Made by a program: the position numbers and the translations under genes. From an uncultured delta proteobacterium (GTDB taxonomy: Bacteria > Myxococcota > Kuafuiibacteriia > Kuafuiibacteriales > Kuafuiibacteriaceae): a stretch of DNA of 64,000 nt. A model generated the notes under the pieces. The model was not told the DNA's origin. It saw only the letters and a program-made list of their open reading frames with translations, and ran no database searches. The stretch lies in contig CAWDML010000001.1 in NCBI GenBank assembly GCA_963803435.1, positions 2,560,001-2,624,000 on the forward strand, in the 5' to 3' direction. Every line of letters begins with the position of its first letter. Positions within the stretch are counted from its first letter, which is position 1. Below, in pieces: positions 10,401 to 19,944 of this stretch.

Positions 10401-13400
10401 CGCGGTACGCCTTGTCCTTGGCCTCCAGCGGATCGTTGCCGTCGAGCATCTCGGCCAGCTCTGCGACCGCGCGCTCGGCCGCCGAGAACGCACCGTCCTC
10501 CCCGGCGCCCTCGAGCGCGTCCATCTTCTCACCGGCGGCCTTGCTCAGCGACTCGACCTTGGAGCGCCGCGCGTCGATCTCGAGCTCGACCTTGCGGCAA
10601 TCAATCCGCGCCTGGTAGCCCGCGACCTGTCCGGCAGCCTGGGCGGCGTGCTTCGCATAGGCCTTGTCCCGCGACATGTACTTCTCGTTGGACTGGATCG
10701 TGTTCTCGAACAGGTGGAGCATCTTCTCCGCCTCCGCGAACGCGGCGTCCGACGGCTCGCTCAGCGCGGCCAGACGCTCCTCCACCGCGGCCCGGGTGGC
10801 ATCGATCCGCCGCTTCCGGATCTCCAGGCGATCGGTCTCGACCACGGCCTCCATCGAGGCCAGGTACTTCCCATACTTGGGATCTTTCTCGGCGAAGGTT
10901 CCGCCCTCCTGGACGGCGCTCCGCAGCGCCGACACCGCCCGCTCCGCCTCCTCGTACAGTGAGGGGTCGACCGCGGTGAGCGCGTCCAGCCGCTCCTTCA
11001 CGGCGGTGGCCGCGGCCTCCACCTTCGCGCGGTGCTTCGCCGCCGCGCGCTCGGCCTTCTTCCGCTCGATCGTCCCGCGCGCACCGTCGGCGCGTTTCTT
11101 CAGCCCGGCCAGATACCGGGCGTGGTTCGGGTCCTGGGCCGCGTCGCCTGCGGCGTCGATGGCGGTGGCCAGGGCATCGACGGCGGCGGCCGCGGCGTCG
11201 AACGAGGGTGAGTCGCCGTCGAGCGCACCGAGCTGCTGATCGAGCGCGCCCGCCGCCTCGTCGACCGCGGCGCGGTGCACGGCGACCTCTTGCTCCCGCT
11301 TTCGGCGCGCGACCGCGGCCGTGTATCCCGGGATCTGCTTCTTCACGCCGTCCAGGTAGGCCGCATATTTGCGATCCTTGTCCCGGAGCGCATCACCCTT
11401 GCTCAGCGCCTCGTCGAGCGCCGAGATCGCGCTGGTGGCCGCGTCGAACGCCGCCGGCTTCGCATCGCCGCCGAGGGCGTCGACCGCGCTCTTCACCGCC
11501 GCCGTCCGCGACTCCACCTCCGCGCGATGGGTCTCGACCGCCACCTCGGTCCGCCGGCGCGCCACCGCCGCCTTGAACGCAGGGAGCTTGCGCGCGATCC
11601 CAGCGAGATATCCGGCGTGCGCGCGGTCCTTCTTGGCCGCCTCCGTCCCGCCGTCCAGCGTCTCCTCGAGCTTGGAGACCGCTGCCTCGGCCGCGTCGAA
11701 GTCGCCCTCCTCGGGCTTGTCGCCGAGCGCGTCCAGCCGCTGAACCGCGGCGGCCAGCGCCGGCTCGACCGCCGCCCGATGCGCGGCGACCTCCGCGTCG
11801 ACGTGCTTCTTCGCCAGCGCCGCCGAGCGCTCGGCGAGCCGCCGCTCCGCCTGCGCCGAGAACTTCGCGTACGCCTTGTCCTTCTCCAGGAACGGCTTGC
11901 TCGACTCGACCGTGTTCTCGAAGAGCCTGAGCGCCTTCTCCACCTCGGCGAAGGCCTGGTCGTCGGGCCGCTCCGGGAGCGCCTCGAGCAGCTTCTGCAC
12001 CATGGCGTCGTTGGCGTCGATGCGGCGCTTCCGGATCTCCTGCCCGAACCCGGCGAGCTGTCCTGTCATCTTGGCAAGGTAGCTTGCATACGCGCGATCC
12101 CGCTCGGCGAGGTCAGCACCCTCGTCGATCATCCTCTTCAGCGCCGACGTCGCCTCGACGGCGTCACCGTAGAGGGACGGCGTCACCTCGGTGAGCGCCT
12201 CCAGCTTGGCGTTCACCTCCGCGAGGGCCTGCTCCACCTTCGCCCGGTGTTGCGCCACCGCCTGCGCGTCCCGGCGCTTCGCGATCTCGGCGCGCCGCGC
12301 CGCGGTCCTCTTGCCGGCGGCGTCCAGCTGCGCCGCGTACCGCTTGTCCTTCTCGCCGAGCGGAGCGCCCGCGGACAGCTCGGTCTCCACCGCGGAGGCA
12401 GCCAGGTCCGCCGCCGCGAAGGCCTCCGGCGCCGCGTCACCCTCGAGCAGCGCCACCTTCCCCACCAGCGCCGCCTCGGCCGCCTCCACCTTCGCCCGAT
12501 GCTCGGTGATGGCCTGCTCGAGCTTCCTCGCCTGGAGCCCGCTCTTCAGCGCCGCCACCCTCTGCTCCGCCGCCTTCACCCTGCGCGCGTACTGCGGGCT
12601 CTGCTCGAGGAGCGCCTTCTTGGACTCGACCGTGTCGGCGAACCGCTCGAGCGCCTGCTCCGCCGCCGGCACCTCGCCCTTCTGTGCCTCGAGCGCCTCG
12701 GCCTCGGCGGCGTCCACGCGGCGCTTCTCGATCTCGAAGCGCTGGGCGAGCACCACGTTCTTCAGACCGCCCAGATACGCGGCGTGCTTCTTGTCCTTGT
12801 CGATCAGCGGCGCGCCCTCCTCGAGGGCGTGCTGCACCGCAACCAGCGCCTCGGACGCCGCCTGATAGAGGGACGGATCGGTGGTGGTGAGCGCCTTCAA
12901 CCGCTCCTGATACGCCGCCATCGCCTCGTCGACCTTCGTCCGATGCGCCGAGACCTCCGCGGCCGTCCGGCGCGCCTCGATCGCCGCCCGATCGCGAACG
13001 ATCCGCTTGCCGAGCCCGACCAGGTAGGCCGCGTGCCGCCGGTCCTTGCCGGCCGCGTCGGCGCCGTCCGCCACGGCCTTCTCCAGCGCCGCCACCGCGG
13101 CCAGCGCCGCCTCGAAGTCGCTGCTCTTCGCCAGCTCGTCGACCTTGGCGACCGCTGCGTCCACCTCGGCGCGGTTCTTCGCGACCAGGACCTCGCTCCG
13201 CCGCCGCTCGATGATCGCGTTCGCACCCGCCGCCTTCTTCTCCAGGGCCGCCAGCTGCGCCGCGTGCTTCGGATCCTTCTTCGCCGTCTCGCCCTCGCCC
13301 TCGACCGCCGCCTTGAGCGCCTCGGCCGCCGCCGCCGCCGCCTCGAATGCCGCGGGCTCCGGCGCCCCCTCGAGCGCGCCCAGCGTGGTGTCGAGCGACG

Positions 13401-14895
13401 CGTCGAGCGCCTGCACCTTGACGGTGCTCGCCGCCACGGCCGCCGCGATCCGACGTCGCTCCAGATCGGTTCTGAGCGCCGGGACCTTCTTCTTCATGTT
13501 TGCAAGATAACTTGCAAAGCCTTGATCCTGGGTGGACGAGGCCGCGTCGATCTCGCTCTCCAGCTCCGACACCGTCTTGCCGGCCTGGTCGAGCTCCGCA
13601 TCGGAGGGCGTGTCGCCCAGAGCCGCGATCTTGTCGTCGACCTGCTTCGAGGCCGCCTCGACTCTCGCCTTTGCCGCCTCGACCGCCCGCTCGAGGGTGC
13701 GGGCCTCGATCCGGGCCCGGTGGACGGCGATCCGCTTCTCCGCACCCGCCGCGTACCGTGCATAGACGGGCGCCTTCCCCAGGAAGTCCTTGTTCGACTC
13801 GATGGTGTTCTCGAGCAGGTGGAGCGCCTTCTCCGCCTCGGCGAAGTCGTCGTCGGAGATTAGCGTCTCCAGGCGTTTGACCACCGCCGCGTCGGCCGCG
13901 TCGATGCGACGCTTTCTGATCTCCAGCCGGCGCGCGTCGAGCGATCGCTCCATCGCGGCGAGATAGGCCGCATACCGGCGATCCTTCTCCCCGAGCGGGG
14001 CGCCGTCCGAGAGGGTCTTCCGGAGGTCGGACACCGCGGTCTCGGCGCGCTCGTACAGCTCGGGCGTCACATCGGTGAGCGCGGCCAGCGCCGCCTCGAT
14101 CTTCGCGTTCTGTGCCTCCACGGCCGCCCGATGGGCGAAGATCTCCGCCCGCGCCAGCGCTTGCTTCGCCCCGGCGGCGACCCGTGCGTACGCCTTGTCC
14201 TTGGTCTCGAGCGCGCTCCCCTTCTCGATCGCCTCCGACAGCGACTTCGCCGCCGTCGCCGCGGTCGCCGGATCCTTGGCGCCGATGGCCGCATCGACCG
14301 CCTTGGCGCGCTCCTGGAGCGACGCGCGCCGCACCTCCAGCTCGACCACCGCCCACCGCGCCTCCAGCTTCTGGGAGATCGCGGCGAGCTCGGTCCGCGC
14401 CGCCTCGGCGGCGGTGGCAAACTCGGGCTTTTGCGCCTCCAGCGACTTCGCCTGGTCGAGCGCGCCCTTCGCCGTCTCGATCGCCGCCCGCGTGGTGTCG
14501 AACGCCTCCTCCGGCGGTTGCTTGCCCTCGACCTCGGCGGCGCCTTCGCGCGCCCGCTCCAGCGCCCCCTCGAGGGTGCTCTTCGCCGCGGCGACCCGCA
14601 CCTCGAGCGCGCGCGCGCGGGCCTCGGGCAACCGATCGAACAGCGCTTGCCGGCGCGCCTCGAGCGGCGCCCGGAGCGGCGACTCGGCCAGCTCCGGCCG
14701 GGTCAGCTCATCCTTGGCCTTCGCGAGGAGCGACTCCCCTTGCTCGGGATCGATCGCCTCGAGCGCCTTCTCGGCAGAGTCGAGGAGTTGGCCGGCGCTG
14801 TCCGCGACCTCTTCCGGCGTGGGGCCGCTCTTGAACCAGGACGCGCAGGAGCCGCTCAGGAGGGCGACCGAGATGATCAGGGCCCGAAATTTCAC
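7416..14895 (-). CDS. Giant (~2,490 aa) alpha-helical repeat lipoprotein with polybasic C-tail; one frameshift near 9790
   Basis: GTG 14895 gives MKFRALIISVALLSGSC (lipobox); ORFs 9148-14997 and 7416-9848 join at a G-run (KIDALEKPE/GSGEIDAAE); ~31 repeats containing KDxxYAxYLA. Confidence 0.85.
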
Positions 14896-14956
14896 CCTCC
14901 CCACGTACCACGGGGCGGCGGCCGGAGTCGGAAGGGCGATCGGCCGATGTGGGCGG

Positions 14957-15418
14957 TCAACGGTAGGTCTTGGGGACCTGGGATCGCCCCTTTGCACGCG
15001 CTCGGCCCATCTCCAGGCGGCCCGAGCGGACCTCCTCGAGCTGGCTCACCGGCAGCGCCCCCTCCGGGGGTGGGCGCCCGTTGGGGAGGGTCCGAGCTTC
15101 CGCGCCGGTCACCTTCTGCGACTTCGGTGCTTCGCCGGTGTCTTCGAGGGCCTCGAAGCCGGTGGCGCGCAGGGCGAGCTCGGGCGCGGCGCGACCGATG
15201 GCGGCGAACAGCATCCCGGCGGCGGCGAGCGCGCCCCGATCGGACTCGAGGTGCACCCCCAGGTTGAAGAGGCCCAGCACGGCCTCGTCGCGGCTCGGGT
15301 GCTTGGCGTACGCGAGCAGGCTCTGCTCGATGATCCCGGCGGACTCGTCGTCGTACGTCCAGGTCCCGTCGACCTCCGTGAGCAGTCGGCAGGCGAGATC
15401 GACCAGCGGATGATTCAT
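14957..15418 (-). CDS. Hypothetical protein
   Basis: ATG start, GC3-rich codons, 4 nt after the upstream stop. Confidence 0.7.
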   Translation of the reverse strand: MNHPLVDLACRLLTEVDGTWTYDDESAGIIEQSLLAYAKHPSRDEAVLGLFNLGVHLESDRGALAAAGMLFAAIGRAAPELALRATGFEALEDTGEAPKSQKVTGAEARTLPNGRPPPEGALPVSQLEEVRSGRLEMGRARAKGRSQVPKTYR

Positions 15419-15422
15419 CGCG

Positions 15423-15806
15423 TCACCTCACCGGGTCGGCCGGGGTCGCGCCCGGGTGAGACGCCCAGTAGCCCTTGACCGCGTTCGCGTACGTCACCTG
15501 CGATCGCGCGATCTGGCCGGCGGTCTGCGAGTCGCCTCGATCGGCGTAGTAGTTCGCGGTGCACGCGAGCGCGTCGGCCACTGCGTTCCCCTCGAGCGGC
15601 TTGCCGGGCGCGTTCATACGGAATCCGCCGTCGAACTTCGCGCGCTCGGCGATCCCTTGGTTCGAGCCCACGACACCGTCCAGCACGCGCTGGGCGTCGG
15701 CCCCCGGGTTCAGGGGACGCGGATGGGTCGCCGGGCTGTAGTCGAGCGCGGTGGCCCGCTGAAACTCGGGGGTTCGGCACTGGGTCGGAACGAGAGGGCT
15801 TCCCAT
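15423..15806 (-). CDS. Hypothetical protein
   Basis: ATG 15806 just downstream of a sigma54-type promoter; plausible codon usage. Confidence 0.65.
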   Translation of the reverse strand: MGSPLVPTQCRTPEFQRATALDYSPATHPRPLNPGADAQRVLDGVVGSNQGIAERAKFDGGFRMNAPGKPLEGNAVADALACTANYYADRGDSQTAGQIARSQVTYANAVKGYWASHPGATPADPVR

Positions 15807-15818
15807 GCGCCGCACCCG

Positions 15819-15834
15819 AGCAAGCGCGATGCCA
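15819..15834 (-). promoter_or_regulatory. Sigma54 (-24/-12) promoter
   Basis: TGGCATCGCGCTTGCT, GG-N10-GC, 14 nt before the ATG. Confidence 0.65.
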
Positions 15835-15923
15835 CGCCTGCGCGCTGTCGGCCCGCGTTCGGTCGAGGGGTAAAAGCACCAGATTGTCTGCTGGTTCTGC
15901 CGCCTCAGTGTCTCACACCGGCA

Positions 15924-16277
15924 TCAGAGCAGCGCCTGCGCCGTGTTGACCTCGAGCGCGTCGATGAAGACCCGCGAGACTCCAGGTACCCCTGCGGCGA
16001 CCGCGCGCGCCTTCCGCCGCTCGGCCTCCGAGGAGACGGTGCCGCTCAGATAGACCACCCCGTTCTTCGCCACCACCACGATGATGTGAGACGAGTCCAG
16101 CGCCTCGGCGGCGTTCAGCGCGTAGTGCACCTGATCGTTCACGGCATCGAGCCGGCTCTCGTCGCCCCGAGCGATCGGCGGCGGCGGCCACTCGGGACTC
16201 GGTCGAGGCCCGCTCCGACACGCACCGATGGACGCGAGCAGCAGGGCCAACGCGGAGGAGCCGACGTGCCGCCTCAT
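15924..16277 (-). CDS. BON-domain lipoprotein
   Basis: Lipobox SIGAC; IIVVVAKNGVVYLSGTVSSEAERRKARAVAAGVPGVSRV. Confidence 0.88.
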   Translation of the reverse strand: MRRHVGSSALALLLASIGACRSGPRPSPEWPPPPIARGDESRLDAVNDQVHYALNAAEALDSSHIIVVVAKNGVVYLSGTVSSEAERRKARAVAAGVPGVSRVFIDALEVNTAQALL

Positions 16278-16290
16278 GGGGACATACGGT

Positions 16291-16306
16291 TGCAGAACGC
16301 GTGCCG
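16291..16306 (-). promoter_or_regulatory. Sigma54 promoter of the BON gene
   Basis: CGGCACGCGTTCTGCA, GG-N10-GC, 15 nt before the ATG. Confidence 0.55.
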
Positions 16307-16308
16307 GT

Positions 16309-16968
16309 TCAGGCGCCGAACAGGCCCATCGGGATCGACAGCGCAAGCGCCGCGCTTCCGGCCGCCACCGGCACCAAGAAGTTGTCGTCGAGGCGCGCTG
16401 CAAACAGCTCGGCGAGCGCGCCGACGATCGACGAGACGATCGCGATCGCAGCGGCATCGCCGGTCGTGACCTCGGGGTGGAAGAGCACCAGCGCCAGAAA
16501 GGCCGCAGGGGTCGCAGCGACGACGAACGCGATCGTGCCCTCGAGGCTTCGGTTGGCCACCAGCTTGGTGCGGCCGAACGCGCGGCCGAACCATCCCGCC
16601 GCTGGATCGCCGACCGCGAGGATCACCACGCCGAGGGCCGCCGCGATCTTGCAGTGGGTCAAGGCGAGGAACACGAGCGCGGTCATGTACCAGGTCGACG
16701 AGTTCACGGCGTACGACTCGTGGGGATGGGCGACGGCGCTGAAGAACCGCATCAGGGCGCGGTTCCACCGGTCGCTGAACCGGCGGGTAATCTCGAGGGA
16801 CCATGCCCACGCCGCCACCGACACGGCCACCAGGATCATGCCGCGCTGGTCGAGGACCAGCTCCACCAGCAAGAGCGTGCCGATCCCGGATCCGACGTGG
16901 AACAGGCTGCGGGCGATGTTGGCGGGTCGGGCGAACGCGCGCGGGCCGAAGCTGATCGCTCGAGTCAT
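16309..16968 (-). CDS. CTP-dependent polyprenol/diacylglycerol kinase (SEC59/DGK1/VTE5 family) membrane protein
   Basis: RSLFH, LAVGDPAAGWFGRAFG, NRSLEG, LDDNFLVP; multiple TM segments. Confidence 0.88.
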   Translation of the reverse strand: MTRAISFGPRAFARPANIARSLFHVGSGIGTLLLVELVLDQRGMILVAVSVAAWAWSLEITRRFSDRWNRALMRFFSAVAHPHESYAVNSSTWYMTALVFLALTHCKIAAALGVVILAVGDPAAGWFGRAFGRTKLVANRSLEGTIAFVVAATPAAFLALVLFHPEVTTGDAAAIAIVSSIVGALAELFAARLDDNFLVPVAAGSAALALSIPMGLFGA

Positions 16969-17058
16969 CGTAGAAATGTTAGAAGGTCGATGTCACGACC
17001 GGGTCACGGGCGCAGATCCTTCCTCGACCCGGGCTGCGCCTCGGGCTATCCCGGTGCA

Positions 17059-17427
17059 GTGCACAAGAGCAGGCTTTCGAGCGTCATCATCGACTGCGAG
17101 ACCGACGATCTGAAGGCGGCCGCGGACTTCTGGAGCGCCGCGCTCGGTCGCGAGATCGTGAAGCGCGAGGGACGGTACGCGTCGCTGGGAATGCACCCGG
17201 ATGAGCCGGTGGTCGAAGTCCAGCAAGTCACCCACCAGAGCCGCGTCCACCTCGACATCGAGAGCGACGACGTCGAGGCCGAGGTCCGGCGGCTCGAGGC
17301 CCTCGGCGCCCGCAGGATCGAGCAGATCCGAACCTGGTGGGTGATGGAGGCGCCCACCGGCCAGCGCTTCTGCGTCGTCCGGCCGCAGCGAGGCCCACTC
17401 ACGGAGCGCGCGAACGAATGGCCGTGA
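17059..17427 (+). CDS. VOC/glyoxalase-like protein
   Basis: SRLSSVIIDC..AAADFWSAALG..RVHLDIESDDVEAEVRRLEALGA..WWVMEAPTGQRFCV. Confidence 0.9.
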   Translation: MHKSRLSSVIIDCETDDLKAAADFWSAALGREIVKREGRYASLGMHPDEPVVEVQQVTHQSRVHLDIESDDVEAEVRRLEALGARRIEQIRTWWVMEAPTGQRFCVVRPQRGPLTERANEWP

Positions 17428-19150
17428 GACGCACCTTCACCCTCCTCGACTGGATCGGGATCTGGCTGGGCGGGGTCGCCAGCCTGGGTCTGTTCCTCTT
17501 CCCGGCGGTGGTGGGGCAGCCGTTCGCCGCCATGTTCAAAGACTTCGGCGGCGAGCTCCCGTTCGCCACCCGGCTCGTGCTGACGCCCTGGTTCGCGCCG
17601 CTCGTGGGCCTCGCGGCGATGGGGCTCCTCGCGCTCGTTCTTCCGGCTGAGCGGCAACATCCAGTGAGCGCAATGAACACGAGGATCCAGATGGCGCCGC
17701 TCTGTCCTCCCGAGGTGCTCGAGCAGCCGCAGCCGGCGACGACCGGCTCCGCCGCCCGGATGAACACGTTGCTGGTGACGGTGCAGAGCGTGCCGTCGAT
17801 CGCGACCTCCGCGCGCCAGCGGTCCTCGCCTTGCGCGGGCGCTCGCGCCGTCACGGAGAACACGAACGGATCGGAGGTAATCGCGGTGGCGGCGGCCTCG
17901 CGTCCGTTCTCGAGCCAGCGGACGCTCCCGCCGAACGCACCGGTGACGCGCGCCTCGAGCGTGGTCTCCTCTGCCACCACCACGCCCGACGGAACTGCGC
18001 CGCCCACGGAGATCTCGATCATCGGATCATCAGGTCCGCGGAGCTTGACCACGGTGCGGCCCAGACGGACGCCCTCGATGATGGCGCGGGCGCCGAGCTC
18101 CTCGGCGTAGACCATCGTGGTGGGGCTCCCGATCCGGCTGGCGAGCGGTCCGGTGTCCCGGCCGGCGCGGTGATCGTCGCTGCCGCCGATGGCCGAGGCG
18201 TGCGCGCCCCTCTGCGACAGCTCGTCCCAGAACGCGAGCGTGTCCTCGCTGAAGAGGAACGCACCCGCGCCGGTGGCGATCTCCACGGCGCCGATGAGCT
18301 CGACCGGAACCTCGCTCTCCCAGAGGCAACCGATGCACTGCGCGCCGACGTCGAGGACCGGGTGGTTGATCGCGAAGACCCCGCCCACCTCGCCGACCGC
18401 GCCTGCGATGCGCGCCATACTATTGCCGTCGACGCCCAGACGATGATCGATCCAGTGCTCGACCCCGATGCCGTTGGCGTGTCCGGCGTAGGTCGTGATC
18501 TCGGCGCCCGGCATGAAGAGCAGATCCGGATGGCGCGACTGCACATCGTCGAAGAAGTCGAGCTGCGCGTTGGTGTTGTGATCGGAGATCTCGACGAAGT
18601 CGAGGCCGCGGCTGGTGGCGAGCTCGGCGATCTCCTCGAACGTCGCGTTCGCGTCGCCGCTCTGACGTGAGTGCACGTGAAAGTCGCCCGCGAACCAGCG
18701 CGGCCCGGTCGACGCCAGCACGACCGGCTGGTAGGGCGCGCGCTCGGGAGCGGGCGCGAGCGTGGGCTCGGTGCGGAGCATGATCTCCAGCCGATAGCGG
18801 GTCGGGGTCTCGACGATCAGGGCCTTGCCGATGATGACGTTCCAGGTCCCCGCCGGCATCTCGCCCGGCAGGTAGCTGCGGGAGGCCGACGCGTCCCCGA
18901 CGATGAACGGCTCCGAGTTGCCGCCGCCCCATCCGCGAAAGCGAACCGGATCCAGCAAGCCGTAGTCGAGCACGCCCTCCGCGAACTGCTTGGGGTGACG
19001 GACCTCGATCTCACGGGTGCCCGCCGGGACCTCGAAGGGCACCAGGAAGAAGGCGCCCTCCGCCGACACCTCGCCCTCGATCACCTGGTCCGCGCGGGCG
19101 GTACGCGGCAGGCCGCCGAGGATCGCGAACAGCAGGGCCATCCGGCGCAT
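17399..19150 (-). CDS. CehA/McbA-like PHP metallohydrolase with MYXO-CTERM-like tail (true 3' end probably ~17640)
   Basis: Signal peptide; GDFHVHSRQSGD, ISDHN, GAEITT..GHAN, INHP, GGSDDH; GCGCSS + TM segment. Confidence 0.88.
   Translation of the reverse strand: MRRMALLFAILGGLPRTARADQVIEGEVSAEGAFFLVPFEVPAGTREIEVRHPKQFAEGVLDYGLLDPVRFRGWGGGNSEPFIVGDASASRSYLPGEMPAGTWNVIIGKALIVETPTRYRLEIMLRTEPTLAPAPERAPYQPVVLASTGPRWFAGDFHVHSRQSGDANATFEEIAELATSRGLDFVEISDHNTNAQLDFFDDVQSRHPDLLFMPGAEITTYAGHANGIGVEHWIDHRLGVDGNSMARIAGAVGEVGGVFAINHPVLDVGAQCIGCLWESEVPVELIGAVEIATGAGAFLFSEDTLAFWDELSQRGAHASAIGGSDDHRAGRDTGPLASRIGSPTTMVYAEELGARAIIEGVRLGRTVVKLRGPDDPMIEISVGGAVPSGVVVAEETTLEARVTGAFGGSVRWLENGREAAATAITSDPFVFSVTARAPAQGEDRWRAEVAIDGTLCTVTSNVFIRAAEPVVAGCGCSSTSGGQSGAIWILVFIALTGCCRSAGRTSARSPIAARPTSGANQGVSTSRVANGSSPPKSLNMAANGCPTTAGKRNRPRLATPPSQIPIQSRRVKVRLTAIRSRAP
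17424..17650 (+). CDS. Small membrane protein, apparently 3'-truncated
   Basis: GTGA overlap with the VOC stop; two TM segments around FAAMFKDFGGELP; frame then runs into the antisense of the next gene with no nearby stop. Confidence 0.5.
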
Positions 19151-19191
19151 CCCTCGACGGTACGTCGGATGCGTCGCGATCGAGAACCGGA

Positions 19192-19839
19192 TCAACGACC
19201 GCGATGATGTCGTCCGTGACTGTGGCCCCGATGTCCACGCTCGACGACGATGCCCGGCACCGGGAGGGGGACGAAGACGGGCGGCGGCACGGCGCGGACC
19301 TGGACGTGCGGTGTGGAGACGCGAAGGTTCACGTAGCCGGCCGGCGGCGCCACCGTCACCACCGGCCGCGCGTAGTGCACCTCCGCCACCACCGTGTTGA
19401 TCGGCGCGTAGGTCTCCCGCTCGCGGCGGTACCGTCCCGGCATCCGCCCCACATACCAGTACACTCCGCCCTTCACGACGAAGCGCTCCTGAGGCGCGGG
19501 CGAGAACGCGTGATAGTGGGGCCCGTCGAGGTAACAGAACTCGATCGCCGGATGCCCGATGATCGCCTCCACGTGGATCGGGTGGTGGCCCTCGTAGACG
19601 TACCGATCCCCCTCCCACCCGTACGCCACCGGATCACCGACGAAGTAGTACTGCCGGTCGTACTCGCGGAAGAGGACCCTCCGATACGGCGGGCGGCCAT
19701 GCACGTGCGGGCCCTGGATCGGGCAGAACCGGTGGGCGGAGAGGGGGTGCGGTCCGATGTATCGGTACTGCCGCGCCTCTGCGCGCTCCGCCGCGAAGAG
19801 GGTCAGACCAAACACGAGGATCAGGGTGAGAATGCGCAT
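19192..19839 (-). CDS. Secreted His/Tyr-rich protein with a duplicated C-x4-P-H-x-H module
   Basis: Signal peptide MRILTLILVFGLTLFAAERAEA; FCPIQGPHVH and FCYLDGPHYH; His-rich tail. Confidence 0.75.
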   Translation of the reverse strand: MRILTLILVFGLTLFAAERAEARQYRYIGPHPLSAHRFCPIQGPHVHGRPPYRRVLFREYDRQYYFVGDPVAYGWEGDRYVYEGHHPIHVEAIIGHPAIEFCYLDGPHYHAFSPAPQERFVVKGGVYWYVGRMPGRYRRERETYAPINTVVAEVHYARPVVTVAPPAGYVNLRVSTPHVQVRAVPPPVFVPLPVPGIVVERGHRGHSHGRHHRGR

Positions 19840-19852
19840 CGCGCCGGGACTC

Positions 19853-19868
19853 CGCAACCGCCGCGCCA
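19853..19868 (-). promoter_or_regulatory. Sigma54 promoter
   Basis: TGGCGCGGCGGTTGCG, GG-N10-GC, 15 nt before ATG 19839. Confidence 0.55.
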
Positions 19869-19944
19869 GCCGCGAAACGCTCACCGCCCGACCGCACCGG
19901 GGAGCCTCCCGGTTCCGCGGCGGAGCCCGGAGGCTCCCGGCATG

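Noticed and set aside
12072-12088. Internal sigma54 promoter TGGCAAGGTAGCTTGCA
   Set aside because: GG-to-GC spacing is 11 rather than 10; treated instead as a copy of the internal palindrome
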